Origin: Epiperipatus broadwayi
Lineage: Eukaryota; Animalia; Onychophora
Assembly: GCA_028023455.1 (NCBI GenBank)
Contig: JAQFVV010000002.1
Coordinates: 5,580,001-5,644,000 of the forward strand
Reading direction: 5' to 3'
Length of the DNA stretch: 64,000 nucleotides
How positions within the stretch are numbered: position 1 is the first letter of the stretch; each line of letters begins with the position of its first letter. This document shows, one piece after another, positions 28,908 to 40,009 of this stretch. The position numbers were made by a program, and so were the translations under genes. Under the pieces are notes generated by a model. That model was given only the letters and a program-made list of their open reading frames with translations. It did not search any database and had not been told where the DNA came from.

Positions 28908-29282
28908 ATTGTTATTTTAAAAAAAGAAATCACTGGGGAAAAATTAATTACAATATTTACAGTTTATTTTCTTTTTTTGGATTAACTTATTACCAGAAAA
29001 ATGAAAAAATATGTTGTACTGGGCAAACCTGCATCCTGTTCTACCTTCTAAGTATACATCTCACACATGAAATGATTGTAACACCTTAGGGTAAGGTCTC
29101 AATAATAAGTTTAATAGAAATATGAATTCCATGATTTAATTTACATAACCACATTGTTAATTAAATAATAAATTGAATCACAGTTGGCTATTTCATTACC
29201 ATGCCCACGGACTTCAAGAGGTTAGCTGCTGCATATCTTTGAAAGACCGTGATTAATGCACGTCTTTATGCACCACTTCCAG

Positions 29283-29975
29283 AAAGAAAAAATCTCCACC
29301 TGAAAGAATATACAACTACAAACCCATTATATAACACGTCAACTATACTAATATATTTGCATGATATCAACTCTCTAACGCCCGATAAAGTCATATTCCA
29401 TTATGCTAAGCTCAGTCCTCTTTTATCTCAGGTTTAAAGCCGCTCTCAAAAATATATTTACCTTGTTATATTATTAGAAAAAAATAAATAAATGTAATAC
29501 TCACACAAGGAAATAAGTTATAAAATAAATAGATAAATATTTATTAACATTTACAAATCAGTGTTTCTTAAACCCCATTAATCCACCACCGATTGCACAA
29601 ATAAAATATATATATATATTATTTAATCTATTCTCCTCACATCATAATATAATTAGAGTTGTTTACTTTGGGAGTTCTCTCTCTTAATTCATTAAAATGT
29701 TTGGATGAAGTAGTCTGAGTTCTATACACATACACACATAAATTAGGCATTACAATAAGTCATATTATATCAATAAATGTTCAATCGTACATGTATGCTC
29801 ATTACTACATTCATTTTACAATTTAATAATATTTTAGAATTGTGTGTTGATATACACTCCAAGTACATAAAGAAACAAAATAAAAACATCATTTTATGTG
29901 TTTTATCTTCATTTAATTTAGATGCTTTTGAATGATTTTAAACATTAATAACATATGATTTAAGACGCAATACTC
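29283..29975 (-). repeat. Distal part of the probable 3' LTR of Gypsy element 2
   Basis: Collinear direct repeat of 37650-38289 (e.g. aatctccacctgaa, aactatactaatatatttgcatgatatcaa, aaatcagtgtttcttaaaccccattaa, taataacatatgatttaagac). Confidence 0.75.
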
Positions 29976-31381
29976 ATCTTATAGTTACATACATTTTTTT
30001 AAGCTAAATGTAGATTGATGATTAACATGAAAGAATCCTGCACATAGCAGATGATTTAACATACATGTACTAGAGTGATAAATAAATTTGCTAGCATAAT
30101 TAGATTTTAAACAAGTGATAGATGTATAACACAAACACATAAATAATATTTAGGAAAACCAATATAAAATGATTAAGGTAGATATTATCCTCCGGTGTGT
30201 TGAGACTTCATTCGGACTTGGGGTCTCTGAACGTGCTATAAATCTGGTCAATAGGGTGGTAGGGACTTCCTTCTTAACACTACATCGATCTGGAAAACTT
30301 CATCATCATCACTGGCTGGACTTGGGTGGCTACATTTCAATGACTTGGACGAAGGTGAACAAGAGCACTGAAATGGGCTACTACCCCATAATGCTCTCAC
30401 TGGTTGATGTCTAAATCGATGCTGTGGTAATCACATGAAAACTGCTATTTGAGCTTTACTAAAAAGGATTTTCTATAGAGACTCGGCTCTATGACCTTTC
30501 TTCTTGCTTTAATAAGTCAATTATTTTTTTTTAGTTTAATGCTGTTTAAATATTATTCTTGCTTTAATGTAATATTAACAGTACACGTCTTCTGAATTGC
30601 GACCTGAATATGAGGTCATCACAGCATATAATTGGAAATTTTTAGACAAGGGACAGGAGTTCATTAGCACGGCAAGATTTCAGCAACCTCAATCTTTTCC
30701 ACAATGACTGCAGCAATAATCATAAAATTACTATGTCTAGTGCTCCATAGCAATGGTAGTCTTTATAAGTCACCTCTGCATTAAATTTGGAGTGATGAAT
30801 AATTGAGGCAACCAAACATATAAGATTAGTAAGTCAGCAATGATCACGCAATACTAATATAATCTAATAAGGTAAGATCTCTCTGACCATGACTCTGGAA
30901 TATCTCTCAAGAAGATCAGTCCAGCACCTAGTAAACAGTATATATAGCCCCTCCATTACACAGTCAATTTGGATACCCCTCTTGAATAATTGCCTCAAGC
31001 TTTATTTTGATGGCTAATTGATTTAAGCAATGCACATAATTTTCTTTTAAAGAATTTCATCTTTAATTACTTTTTTTTTTAATTTAATTTTATGGGTTGA
31101 CTCAGACCACTCTATGGATAAACATCAGTTTAAAATTTTTTTATACAAAAAATATTATTTTGCAATGGATTACAACTAAAATATCTATATAACAAATAAA
31201 CAAAATTTTTCTATATATACATTGGCGTCCGAATTCTTCGAACTCTTTTGTTTGTAAAAATAAAAATACAAAGCAGGATGACCATTAATACATTAGTGTA
31301 TTTTTATATTCGGTAAACAATGGCCACCTGACTTTTCTTAATGCATTAGCATAGACAATCTGATAATTGAAAAATAAAATA

Positions 31382-32343
31382 CACCTGGGTCTCGTTTTAT
31401 GCGGTAGATAGGTTTCCTCAGAAAACGCGCACAAAAATAGACTTAATTTACCTTGAAGAATGGGGGATATGTTCCAATAATTTTCAGAATTCTCATAAAA
31501 GCAAAGCAACAAGGAAAAATTACTTTAAAATTCGCATTAAAAAAATAAGCAAATAAAGTATGACTACTAAAAAATTTCAAATATTTAAAAAAAATTAATA
31601 CAAGACAATCTTTTTTTACATTTTTTATTAACTACAGTATTTAATTTTACATTTTTCATACATATTTTAATCATTAACGCTAACGTTTGTTTGTAAACTG
31701 GTAAGAAATCAGATTCGATGTGATGTATTGTGGCTTCTCTTTAAGCGAAATGAAGAATATCTCAGCAATTATGCCCAGAGAAACCTGTTAGCCACTTTAT
31801 TTTTATTTGTGATGTGATGTACAACTAGCGCCACTTTCAGTCTTGTGCTGTGCTAATGGTTTTCTGTTTCTATATTAAAAAAATGAGATCACAATCAAAA
31901 CAAAAAGATTATACATTATCATTAGAAAGATTATTTTCAGTTTATAAAATCTTCATTTTTTATTTTAAAAATCTAAAAGATTATTTATTTATGTTATATA
32001 TAACAAAATACGTTTTAAAAGTTTAAATTTTTTGAATATTTATTGTGATATTTTTATATGTAAGTATAAATCTATTATTATTAATTTACTCATTAGTATA
32101 AGTAGGTTATTTATATAGAAGCTAACTTTCTAAATACATCTTCAGGCCATATTCACGTTAGCTGCTAATATAACGTTATATTTTTGAAAGAAAAAAAAGT
32201 ATTTAAAGTGAAAATAAGTTATTAATAATTTAAATTTCTTGATATGTAATAAATATAGTGAAATATGAAAGATATTAAGTAGAAACATGAATCGGATAAC
32301 TTCAAAATCGCATTAAAATAATTTGCATAAAACAAGACCAAGT
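31382..32343. mobile_element. Non-autonomous Tc1/mariner-superfamily (pogo/Tigger-like) MITE, copy 1
   Basis: Left end TA|CACCTGGGTCTCGTTTTATGCG; right end gcataaaacaagaccaag-tata is a degraded TIR. The interior is collinear with the reverse complement of 54066-55224. No ORF. Confidence 0.8.
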
Positions 32344-32607
32344 ATATAGACAGACACATTGGAACATTTACATTTACTTTTTAATTATTTCATATTTATT
32401 TCTTGTTTTATACAACATGTTCCAACACATAAACAAATTTTTACAAAAAAATAAAAATGAAATAAAATCATTAATGTGGGACATTTGCTTTTATTAAAAA
32501 TAAAATAAAACAAAAATATTGTATACATATATATATATAATACATAATTGAGCTGTAGCTTCAACTGCAGCCGCTTTGTGTGTGGTCACTCATAGAGTGC
32601 CTGGCAC

Positions 32608-32620
32608 AATACCCCCCCAA
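32608..32620 (-). promoter_or_regulatory. Putative polypurine tract and TG start of the 3' LTR of Gypsy element 2
   Basis: About 150 nt after the integrase end the minus strand reads ttGGGGGGGtatTGTGCCAGG. Confidence 0.5.
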
Positions 32621-33142
32621 TGAGACGTTTAAATGGGATTAACGATTTAATGTCTTCACCAACTCTTTACAAAAATATATACAGTTTTAAAAAATTTTTT
32701 TTGTCCTACCCGTTATAGTTACCAGAAACTGGTGGATATGAAGTCCGTCAGCCACATGTGTCGATCATGACAAAGGTTTCAGTGATCACACATTATAAAT
32801 ACCATTGATCTCCTGTTCTGTCTTCACCCAAAATGCATTGTCACCAAAACGTTCAAAAATTTTGAATGGGCACTCATAGAGATTACATTTTCTAAATTTA
32901 AATTTCTCCAAGAAGCTTACATGGGGTATTTATCTCCAATCTCGAACTGATGTGTTGAGATGCCTTTCCATTTCTTTCTCCTCAGGCTAATCTGTTGCAT
33001 CTGGACCTGTGCCCTCATTTTATTAAACTCCCTGTCAATAGGTCTTTCCCTGTTCCCAAAAAATTCCCTCTTAAATAGTTTTGGCACAGGTTTTTCAAGG
33101 TGCAGCTGCATTGGAGGAAGTCCTGTGGACTCATTTACTGAC

Positions 33143-33262
33143 CAGTTGAAAAAATTAAGCATCTAGGGCAGCTATTTGACCAATCCTCTATAATTTGTAG
33201 GTAGTTGAAAAAATTAAACATCTAGGGCAGCTATTTGACCAATCCTCTATGATTTGTAGGTA
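33143..33262. repeat. 59-bp tandem duplication inside the Gypsy integrase
   Basis: agttgaaaaaattaa(g/a)catctagggcagctatttgaccaatcctctat(a/g)atttgtaggt occurs twice. Confidence 0.9.
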
Positions 33263-34119
33263 AAGTATGTATGGAACAGCCTTCCCAACTTCTTCATGAC
33301 ATGCTCACAAGGATTGCTTTGAGAGTTGCAAATGGATGTGAGGGTATGTTAAATTCCCCACTTGGTAACCCGTTTATTTCACTCTTTGGATACAAATGGG
33401 GTTCCATGATCAGACAAGATGGCCTCTGGCTTCCCTACTTGGGGAAAGTGTAAGGAGTCCAATAGCTTGACGGTTTCTCGAGTTGTGGTCCCAGCCAGGG
33501 CGTATGCTGCTACAAACTTTGAGAAGAGGTTGTGTACTACCAATAGGTAACTTTTCCTATTAAAGGTTGGTAATGGGCCATAAAAGTCAATGGCCATGAT
33601 TTCCTTTGGATTGTTAGGTACAATCGATTTCATAGGGCTTGCATATGTTTTATTCTGGGGTTTTGCTTGTTGACAAATCTCGCATTTGTTTAATACAGCG
33701 ATTATATTTTATGTATCTCTGGCCAATAAAACCATCATTTTAAGCAATACTCAGTTTTTGGAGTTCCGTAATGTCCATACAACTGATGAATATAATTGAT
33801 GAGAGAGCCTCTCACTGCTGGCAGTATCATCACTCTCCACTGATGTCTTCTTTCCTGGATCAGATAATAAAGGACCCCTTTTTCTATTTTATATATTTGT
33901 ACCTTTGACTCCCTCTGGAAATCTCCTTGACACTGCATTTTAATTCTATGTAATGTCCCATCATGTTCTTTCTTGGCTAGTTGGAATAATTCCTCCATAC
34001 TTTCATCACTATCTGATGCTATGTTAGACACATACCCTCCATCTAAACTTAAATGCTGTTAGGGGCGAGGACAGAATGGTGACTAAAAATATCAGCAACT
34101 ATGTTCTCTACTCCTTTAC

Positions 34120-34335
34120 AATATCTTGTGTACTTAAACTATTGGAGGAATAAACTCCACCAGACCAATCTACTGTTGTTAAGATAGCTATGGTTAATAA
34201 ACTCTAAACTTTTGTGAACAGTGATCACAATATCTTGTATACTTAAACTACTGGAGGAACAAACTCCACTAGACCAATCTACTGTTGTTAAGATAGCAAT
34301 GGTTAATAAACTAAACTTGTGTGAACAATGATCAC
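34120..34335. repeat. ~108-bp tandem duplication inside the Gypsy RNase H region
   Basis: acaatatcttgt.tacttaaacta.tggaggaa.aaactccac.agaccaatctactgttgttaagatagc.atggttaataaact occurs twice. Confidence 0.85.
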
Positions 34336-37300
34336 CACTACCTCTGAGCCCAAAAGCATGGAGTGGAACTTTTGGAATAATCATAGAATAGCAAGTCTCT
34401 ATAACAGTGCAATTAAGTTCCAGCCCTTTTAACAAACAACTTTTTAAAACAACACTCCCACTTGGCTATCCAGTAGGATCTGGGACAATGTAGCACCCTA
34501 CCTGCTGTGACAATGTAACCCCCTACCTGTATCCACTGCTGTCTGAAGCAGAAATGGTTTGTTGAAGTCAGGGTATGCTACTACCATTTGCTGCACAAAA
34601 CTTTTCCTTCTCTTTTCAAAAGCTTTCTCCTATTCGGCAATCTAACTCCATCGTGTCTCTTTTCTAAATAATCTTTAGTAATAGTTTCATTTGATCAGCA
34701 AATTTCTTATAAAACCTGTTATAGAAATTGCAGAGCCCCAAGAAGGATTTCATATATTTCTTTGTTTGAGGTCTAGGGAACTCTGTGATGGCTTTTACTT
34801 TATCTGAATGGGGCTTGATTCCAGTCTGCTTTACAAATAACCCAAGAATTCAATTTTGTCTGAAACTAACATACTTTTCTAAGATTTATCTTGATCCTCA
34901 TATTTCTACATTCCCTGAAGAACAACTCCAATTGTTGCAGGTGTTCCCCCACAGATACAGATGTCATCATCACATCGTCAACATACCTGCTAATAATTTT
35001 TTTTATTTCAGGGGAAAAAACCTGATCCATGCATCGCAGTAGCCCCGCCCCACTATTGAAGAGACCAAAGGGTAAATGATTAAATTTTGTATGAATACCT
35101 CCCATACTGGAAAGGCATATATTGACGGTCTGTCTGATAAAGTTAGATCTGCCAATAACTAGCAGTTAGATCGTACGTAGAAAAGACCTTTTCCCCTCTA
35201 AACTTCATTAGTAACTCTTGATAGGAGGTGGAACAGCACAGCCAGGTATGGTTGCTCTATTTAACCCCCAGGTATCTAAACAGACTTATGGATCCATTCT
35301 TTTTCCTAATAATGACCAAAGGGTTGCAATACTGGGAAGAGCATTTATTAAAAATGCCCCATACCAACATTTGTTCTAATTGCTTTTCTACTTCTTTAAA
35401 GTGGTGGGGTATCAGATAGGATCATGCCTGCAAAGATTCTGGCTTCAACTTGATTCTTTGCATGTACCCTTTAATTATTCATGGACTATCAGAGCATAGA
35501 GTATTGTAGCTAGAGAGTAGGGATTGGAGTCTCTTCCTTTCACTTGTGGAAGCCAGTTTTGTCAGACTGATCTCCATCATCTCTATGACTGATTGACCCA
35601 CACAGCACACTTCTCCTGAACAGTGTAAGGACATGAGCAGGAATTTAATTTGTTTGCTGTTGCACACCACTAACCCCTTTTCGTAATTTACATTACATCT
35701 GTTTTGTACAGAAAATCTGAACCCAAAACCACTTCATGGATTAGGCTGCTCATTATTAAAAAAAAATGAAATATCATCTTACTGAGAATATCCATTTGCA
35801 GCCATATCTGCCAAGGTCAAGCTTGGCCTTCCAATTGTTTGCTAGAGTTATTTGGTCAGACCTTAATGGTAATGTCTCTACTCGCGGGTTGATCACAAGA
35901 ATGGTATAACTTCCCTGATATTAGAGATTTGGCTACCTGAATCCAATAAAGCCGAGACCGCAATTCCTTCTAACTTCAGTTTTATGGTAGGACATCTTTG
36001 CTGTGCATATTCTGGCACTTTATCTCCCATTTTTTCTGGAGCGAACCAATAATCCCTGAATTTAGAAACACCTGTCATAGCTTCTCCCGCATTCTCTCTA
36101 TACTGAGAGTTCACAGGGAACTTCCCTTCTTCCTTTGCTCCCATATGTCTTGTCCAATAGTTTATTTTGGCTGGCTCACATCTGTTACATTTAATAGTTC
36201 AATGCATGTTCTATAGAGTTCACGTTTGCCGTGAGCATTTGCTCATCTGGAAAATTATGCTGGGTGACTCTAATAATCTGGCCCTCTGACATGTGACAGG
36301 CATTTAATGTCCGCAGCTTGGCCACCTGCCTACTAAAAAACTTTGAATAACTCTCCCCATCCATTTTATATTTTTCTTGCATGATCTGGTACAAATGGTA
36401 CAAAATGGTTTCTTGGAGCATAACAGTGCATTCTTATATTTATCAAATGTTCTAGGATGGTAGAATAATGACTCCCACAAAGTGTGTGCATCACCCTGAA
36501 GGTGACTACATGCGAGGATCAACCAACTTGTTCATCCATCTGATTTACACAAAAATATTTTACCAAGCTATTAAGGTGTTCTACAGGAGCCTCTCCAGTT
36601 TGTCCTTCAAATACCATAATCTTCAGGAATTGATTGACATTAGCTAAACTTGAGTAAGTCTTTCCTACTGATTTATCTACCCTACATTTCTCTATTTTAT
36701 AACATTTTTGTTCATCTACTCTTCTTTTTGGCCTCTTTGCTTCACTTCCTGCTCTTACTTTGTCTTCCCTCTCACTTCCTATTATATTCAAATCACCCCT
36801 CGCTTGTATCACTAACTCTCATGTTGCCTCTCTACCCTCTGAACTCTTGTTTCTATCTCTTATTATTTCTTCCCTCAAATGGTCTATTCTTTGAGACATC
36901 TCTTCTTTCACACTCAGCGTCATTTTCCCTTCTAGGTTTTACTATGCTTTGCCATATGTTGTCTATTTCTATACTACTCTCAAGCCTTCCATACTGCTTC
37001 TCTCCCATTTCCTTTTCATTCTCAGGTTCATATATTTCACTGCTCTTTTGCTGCTCCATTTTCTTAGAGTACAAACTTGTCTACATGAATATACTATTTA
37101 TCAGTAACTTAACTCGTGTGCTTATCTTACATGACTAAAATTACAACTATTGCTTTCACAATTAAAACTTTATCAGACTCACTATTATTATATTATTGTT
37201 TTATTCTTTCAAATATTCAGTACATGCCTAGCTTGTCCATATTCTATTCATCATTATCTCTCCCACACCGTGCTCCAGTTGTACTCTTATTTTTATCTAT

Positions 37301-37623
37301 GCTTATTTTATATCTCAAAAAATCTAAATAAAAAGAAACTTTCACTCCAACGCTATTATTAAAAACTGTTTTCCAAGATTACCCTTGTGTAAATAATAAA
37401 TTTGACCTAATATTTCTTCACTAAAGTCCTTTGCCCATTCTAACACTTATGTATCATTTATATATATAAACAGTATCTCTTTTCTTTCATCAACAATTTA
37501 TTTCACTTCTAATACATGATAAACTTTTTTTTATTTATTTTAACTTTTTCCGATATTGTGAGACTTTCATTTTTAATTATGCTCAGTGACCATGTTTTTT
37601 CTATGCTGAATGTGTTGGCTCAT

Positions 37624-37641
37624 GCCCCACATTGGGTGCCA
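37624..37641 (-). promoter_or_regulatory. Primer-binding site complementary to tRNA-Lys1,2
   Basis: Minus strand TGGCACCCAATGTGGGGC versus canonical TGGCGCCCAACGTGGGGC: 16/18, both differences at CpG sites. Located between the LTR repeat and gag. Confidence 0.85.
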
Positions 37642-37649
37642 AATTCCTT

Positions 37650-38289
37650 CTGTACAGAACGAATCTCCACCTGAATGGATATATAACAAACTCATTATAT
37701 AACATATATAAACTATACTAATATATTTGCATGATATCAATTCTAATGCCCGATAGTCATATTCCATTATGCTATGCTCAGTCCTCTTTTATCACAGGTT
37801 ATAAAAAAAATTTAAAGCCACTTTCAGAAATATATTTACTTTGTTATATTATTAGAAAAAAATTAAATAAATGTAACATTCACACAAGGAAATAAATTGT
37901 AAAATAGTAGATAAATATTTATAAACACATATAAATCAGTGTTTCTTAAACCCCATTAACCCACCACTGATTGCACAAATAAAATAAAAATAGTATATTA
38001 TTTAATCTGTTCTGCCCATATTATAATATAATTAAAGTTGTTTACTTTGGGAGTTCTCTCCTTCAATTCATTAAAATATGCTTGAAGTGGTCTGAGTTAT
38101 AAGTCATATTATATCATTAAATGTTCGATCATACATGTATGCTCATTCCTATAGCCATTCCACAATTTAATATTTTAGAATCGTGCACTGATATACACTT
38201 CAAGCACACACATTATCTTTACTTAATTTAGACAAATTTGAATGATTTTAACCATTAATAACATATGATTTAAGACATACATACTCATC
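37650..38289 (-). repeat. Surviving 3' part of the 5' LTR of Gypsy element 2, cut by the Penelope insertion
   Basis: Adjacent to the PBS; homology to 29283-29975 stops at the Penelope junction (catc microhomology at 38286-38289). Confidence 0.75.
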
Positions 38290-38457
38290 CCATTACCCAT
38301 CCCTTATTTATACTCCAATATTCATTATTATATTTAAAATATAAACTATTATTTATTAGGTTCAATGCTTCATTTATAATACTAATTATGCTATCATCGA
38401 TATATAGAGATAAAGCCTTTATGATGATACTAATACTTTTAATTCTAGGGATACTAG

Positions 38458-39790
38458 CTGATATTATTGGTTATGGACAATATTGTATAAAAAATACAGA
38501 GGCTATTATTGATAAATTAAATATGATGAATATAAATAGAAACCACAGTATCTTTGTGATGGACATAGAATCGATGTACCCTAGTATCCCTAGAATTAAA
38601 AGTATTAGTATCATCATAAAGGCTTTATCTCTATATATCAATGATGATAGCATAATTAGTATTATAAATGAAGAATTGAACCTAATAAATAATAGTTTAT
38701 ATTTTAAATATAATAATGAATATTGGAGTATAAATAAAGGATGGGTAATGGAATGGGATGCGCGATTAGTGGGCTTATGGCATCTATGTTCATTAATGAC
38801 ATGGAAATCAATATTATAAAAGGCAGTATAATTAAAAATGAAGTACTACATTATTTTAGATATGTAGATGATAGTTTGATAATTGGTAATAAGAGGGCAA
38901 TATATAAATTATATAAACAATTTAATAATAATGTTGATAATATTAGATTTACTATGAAAGAAATTGATAATGAAATAAGATATTTAGATATTGAAATTAT
39001 TTAAAATCAAAATAATGATATTATAATTAAGCATTTTATTAAAGATTATAAATTAAGGAAAATTATATCAATTGATTCAAAACAACCATGGATACAAAAG
39101 ATGAGTGTAATTAAGAATTTTAAATATAAGAATGATAGATTTAATACAGATAGAAATATTGCTATGTTACCGAAGGATAAATTTAAACAAACATATATGG
39201 GATATGGATATGCAGCGCATAGTATTGACAATATATTTTCACAATATGGGGTAAATAACACGAATAATAATAGATGTAGGACTAATAAACAAAAGAAGTG
39301 GATAAAAATTTCATATTTGCCTAGTGTATATAATATATTAAATAAAAAAAGTAAAAATTATATAGATAAAAACATTAATGTGGGATGGGCTAATAGCAAA
39401 AATTTGGATAAATTGATAACTAATTGTAGGATGAAAGATGATATAAAATATAAGAGAGGAATGGTTTATAAAATTAGATGTAATTTTTGTAATATGGTTT
39501 ACTATGGCCAGACGTCAAAGCAATTGGGAGAAAGAGCTAAAGAACACAATGATGCTATTGCTAGGAAAGATGATAGATCTGCGTTATATGTTCATTATTT
39601 GCAGTACGGACATAAAATAAATTGTATTGATAATATAAGTGTTCTTGATTATATTAAAAATGTTAATAGACGTAAAATATATGAAACAAACTATATCATG
39701 TATAATAAAAACAACTGTATGAATATATACAAAACATCCATTAAGTTAAATAATAAGTGGTTAATGGATAAAGAATGGATAGTTAATTAA
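38458..39790 (+). pseudogene. Penelope-like RT and GIY-YIG endonuclease ORF with two lesions
   Basis: FVMDIESMYPSIP; KGWVMGCAISGLMA after removing a 5-nt duplication at ~38751-38755; YFRYVDD; RYLDIEI; thumb SKQPWIQKMS; GIY-YIG GMVYKIRCNFCNMVYYGQTSKQLGERAKEH...SALYVH...KIYETNYI. One in-frame TAA at 39002-39004. Confidence 0.93.
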
Positions 39791-39959
39791 TTAATATATG
39801 TGGATATATATCCATTCAATATATATAACAGAATAATTTTGTAGTAGAATTTAGGAAAAAAAAAATCACATAATAGATCATGTCAGATGTCCATTTGTTT
39901 ATCTGTCTTCTCTCATGTATTGATATAGATGTCGCTGTATGTGCTTTAAATCGTGGAGA

Positions 39960-40009
39960 CATATTGAAAAGGGCAAAAAACATAATTTGCCGAAAAAGGC
40001 TTTTCTATG
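39960..40009 (+). ncRNA. Minimal type I hammerhead ribozyme, U3:A8 core variant
   Basis: Stem I CATA (39960-63)/TATG (40006-09); core TTGAAAA (39964-70) plus G; stem II GGCAAA/TTTGCC with loop AAACATAA; GAAA (39992-95); self-complementary stem III AAAGGCTTTT; predicted cleavage after UUC (C40005). Located in the PLE 3' region, where hammerheads are expected. Confidence 0.72.

Larger units (their letters stand above)
29280..38289 (-). mobile_element. Decayed Ty3/Gypsy LTR retrotransposon (element 2): gag-PR-RT-RNaseH-INT with tRNA-Lys PBS
   Basis: gag LACSHLQGDAHTLW (~36500); protease ALLDSGSQ (35930-35953); RT LPFGLFNS...RYVDD (34866-35105); RNase H NSRLVWWSLFLQ; integrase HQLYGHYG, AIDFYGPLP, ILSDHGTPF (33379-34031) and a GPY/F-like YECPFKI (~32870). 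PR-RT-RH-INT order defines Ty3/Gypsy. Flanking direct repeats at 29283-29975 and 37650-38289. Confidence 0.93.

Noticed and set aside
28427-28985. Poly-Lys and poly-Phe ORFs (169, 136 and 94 aa)
   Set aside because: They are translations of the low-complexity purine insert between the 36-bp duplications, not genes.
30169-30414. 81-aa plus-strand ORF and a minus-strand SDDDEVFQIDV frame
   Set aside because: No recognisable domain or paired splice sites; the segment lies within the inferred Gypsy 3' LTR region.
36650-37138. 162-aa hydrophobic plus-strand ORF
   Set aside because: Antisense shadow of the purine-rich Gypsy gag N-terminus.
38388-38457. Hydrophobic N-terminus MLSSIYRDKAFMMILILLILGIL of the 143-aa ORF as a signal or TM segment on the PLE RT
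   Set aside because: It is the translation of the inverted duplicate of RT sequence, not a real leader.
39440-39790. Selenoprotein (Naiad-type) Penelope endonuclease
   Set aside because: The GIY-YIG domain has ordinary Cys codons and no in-frame TGA.
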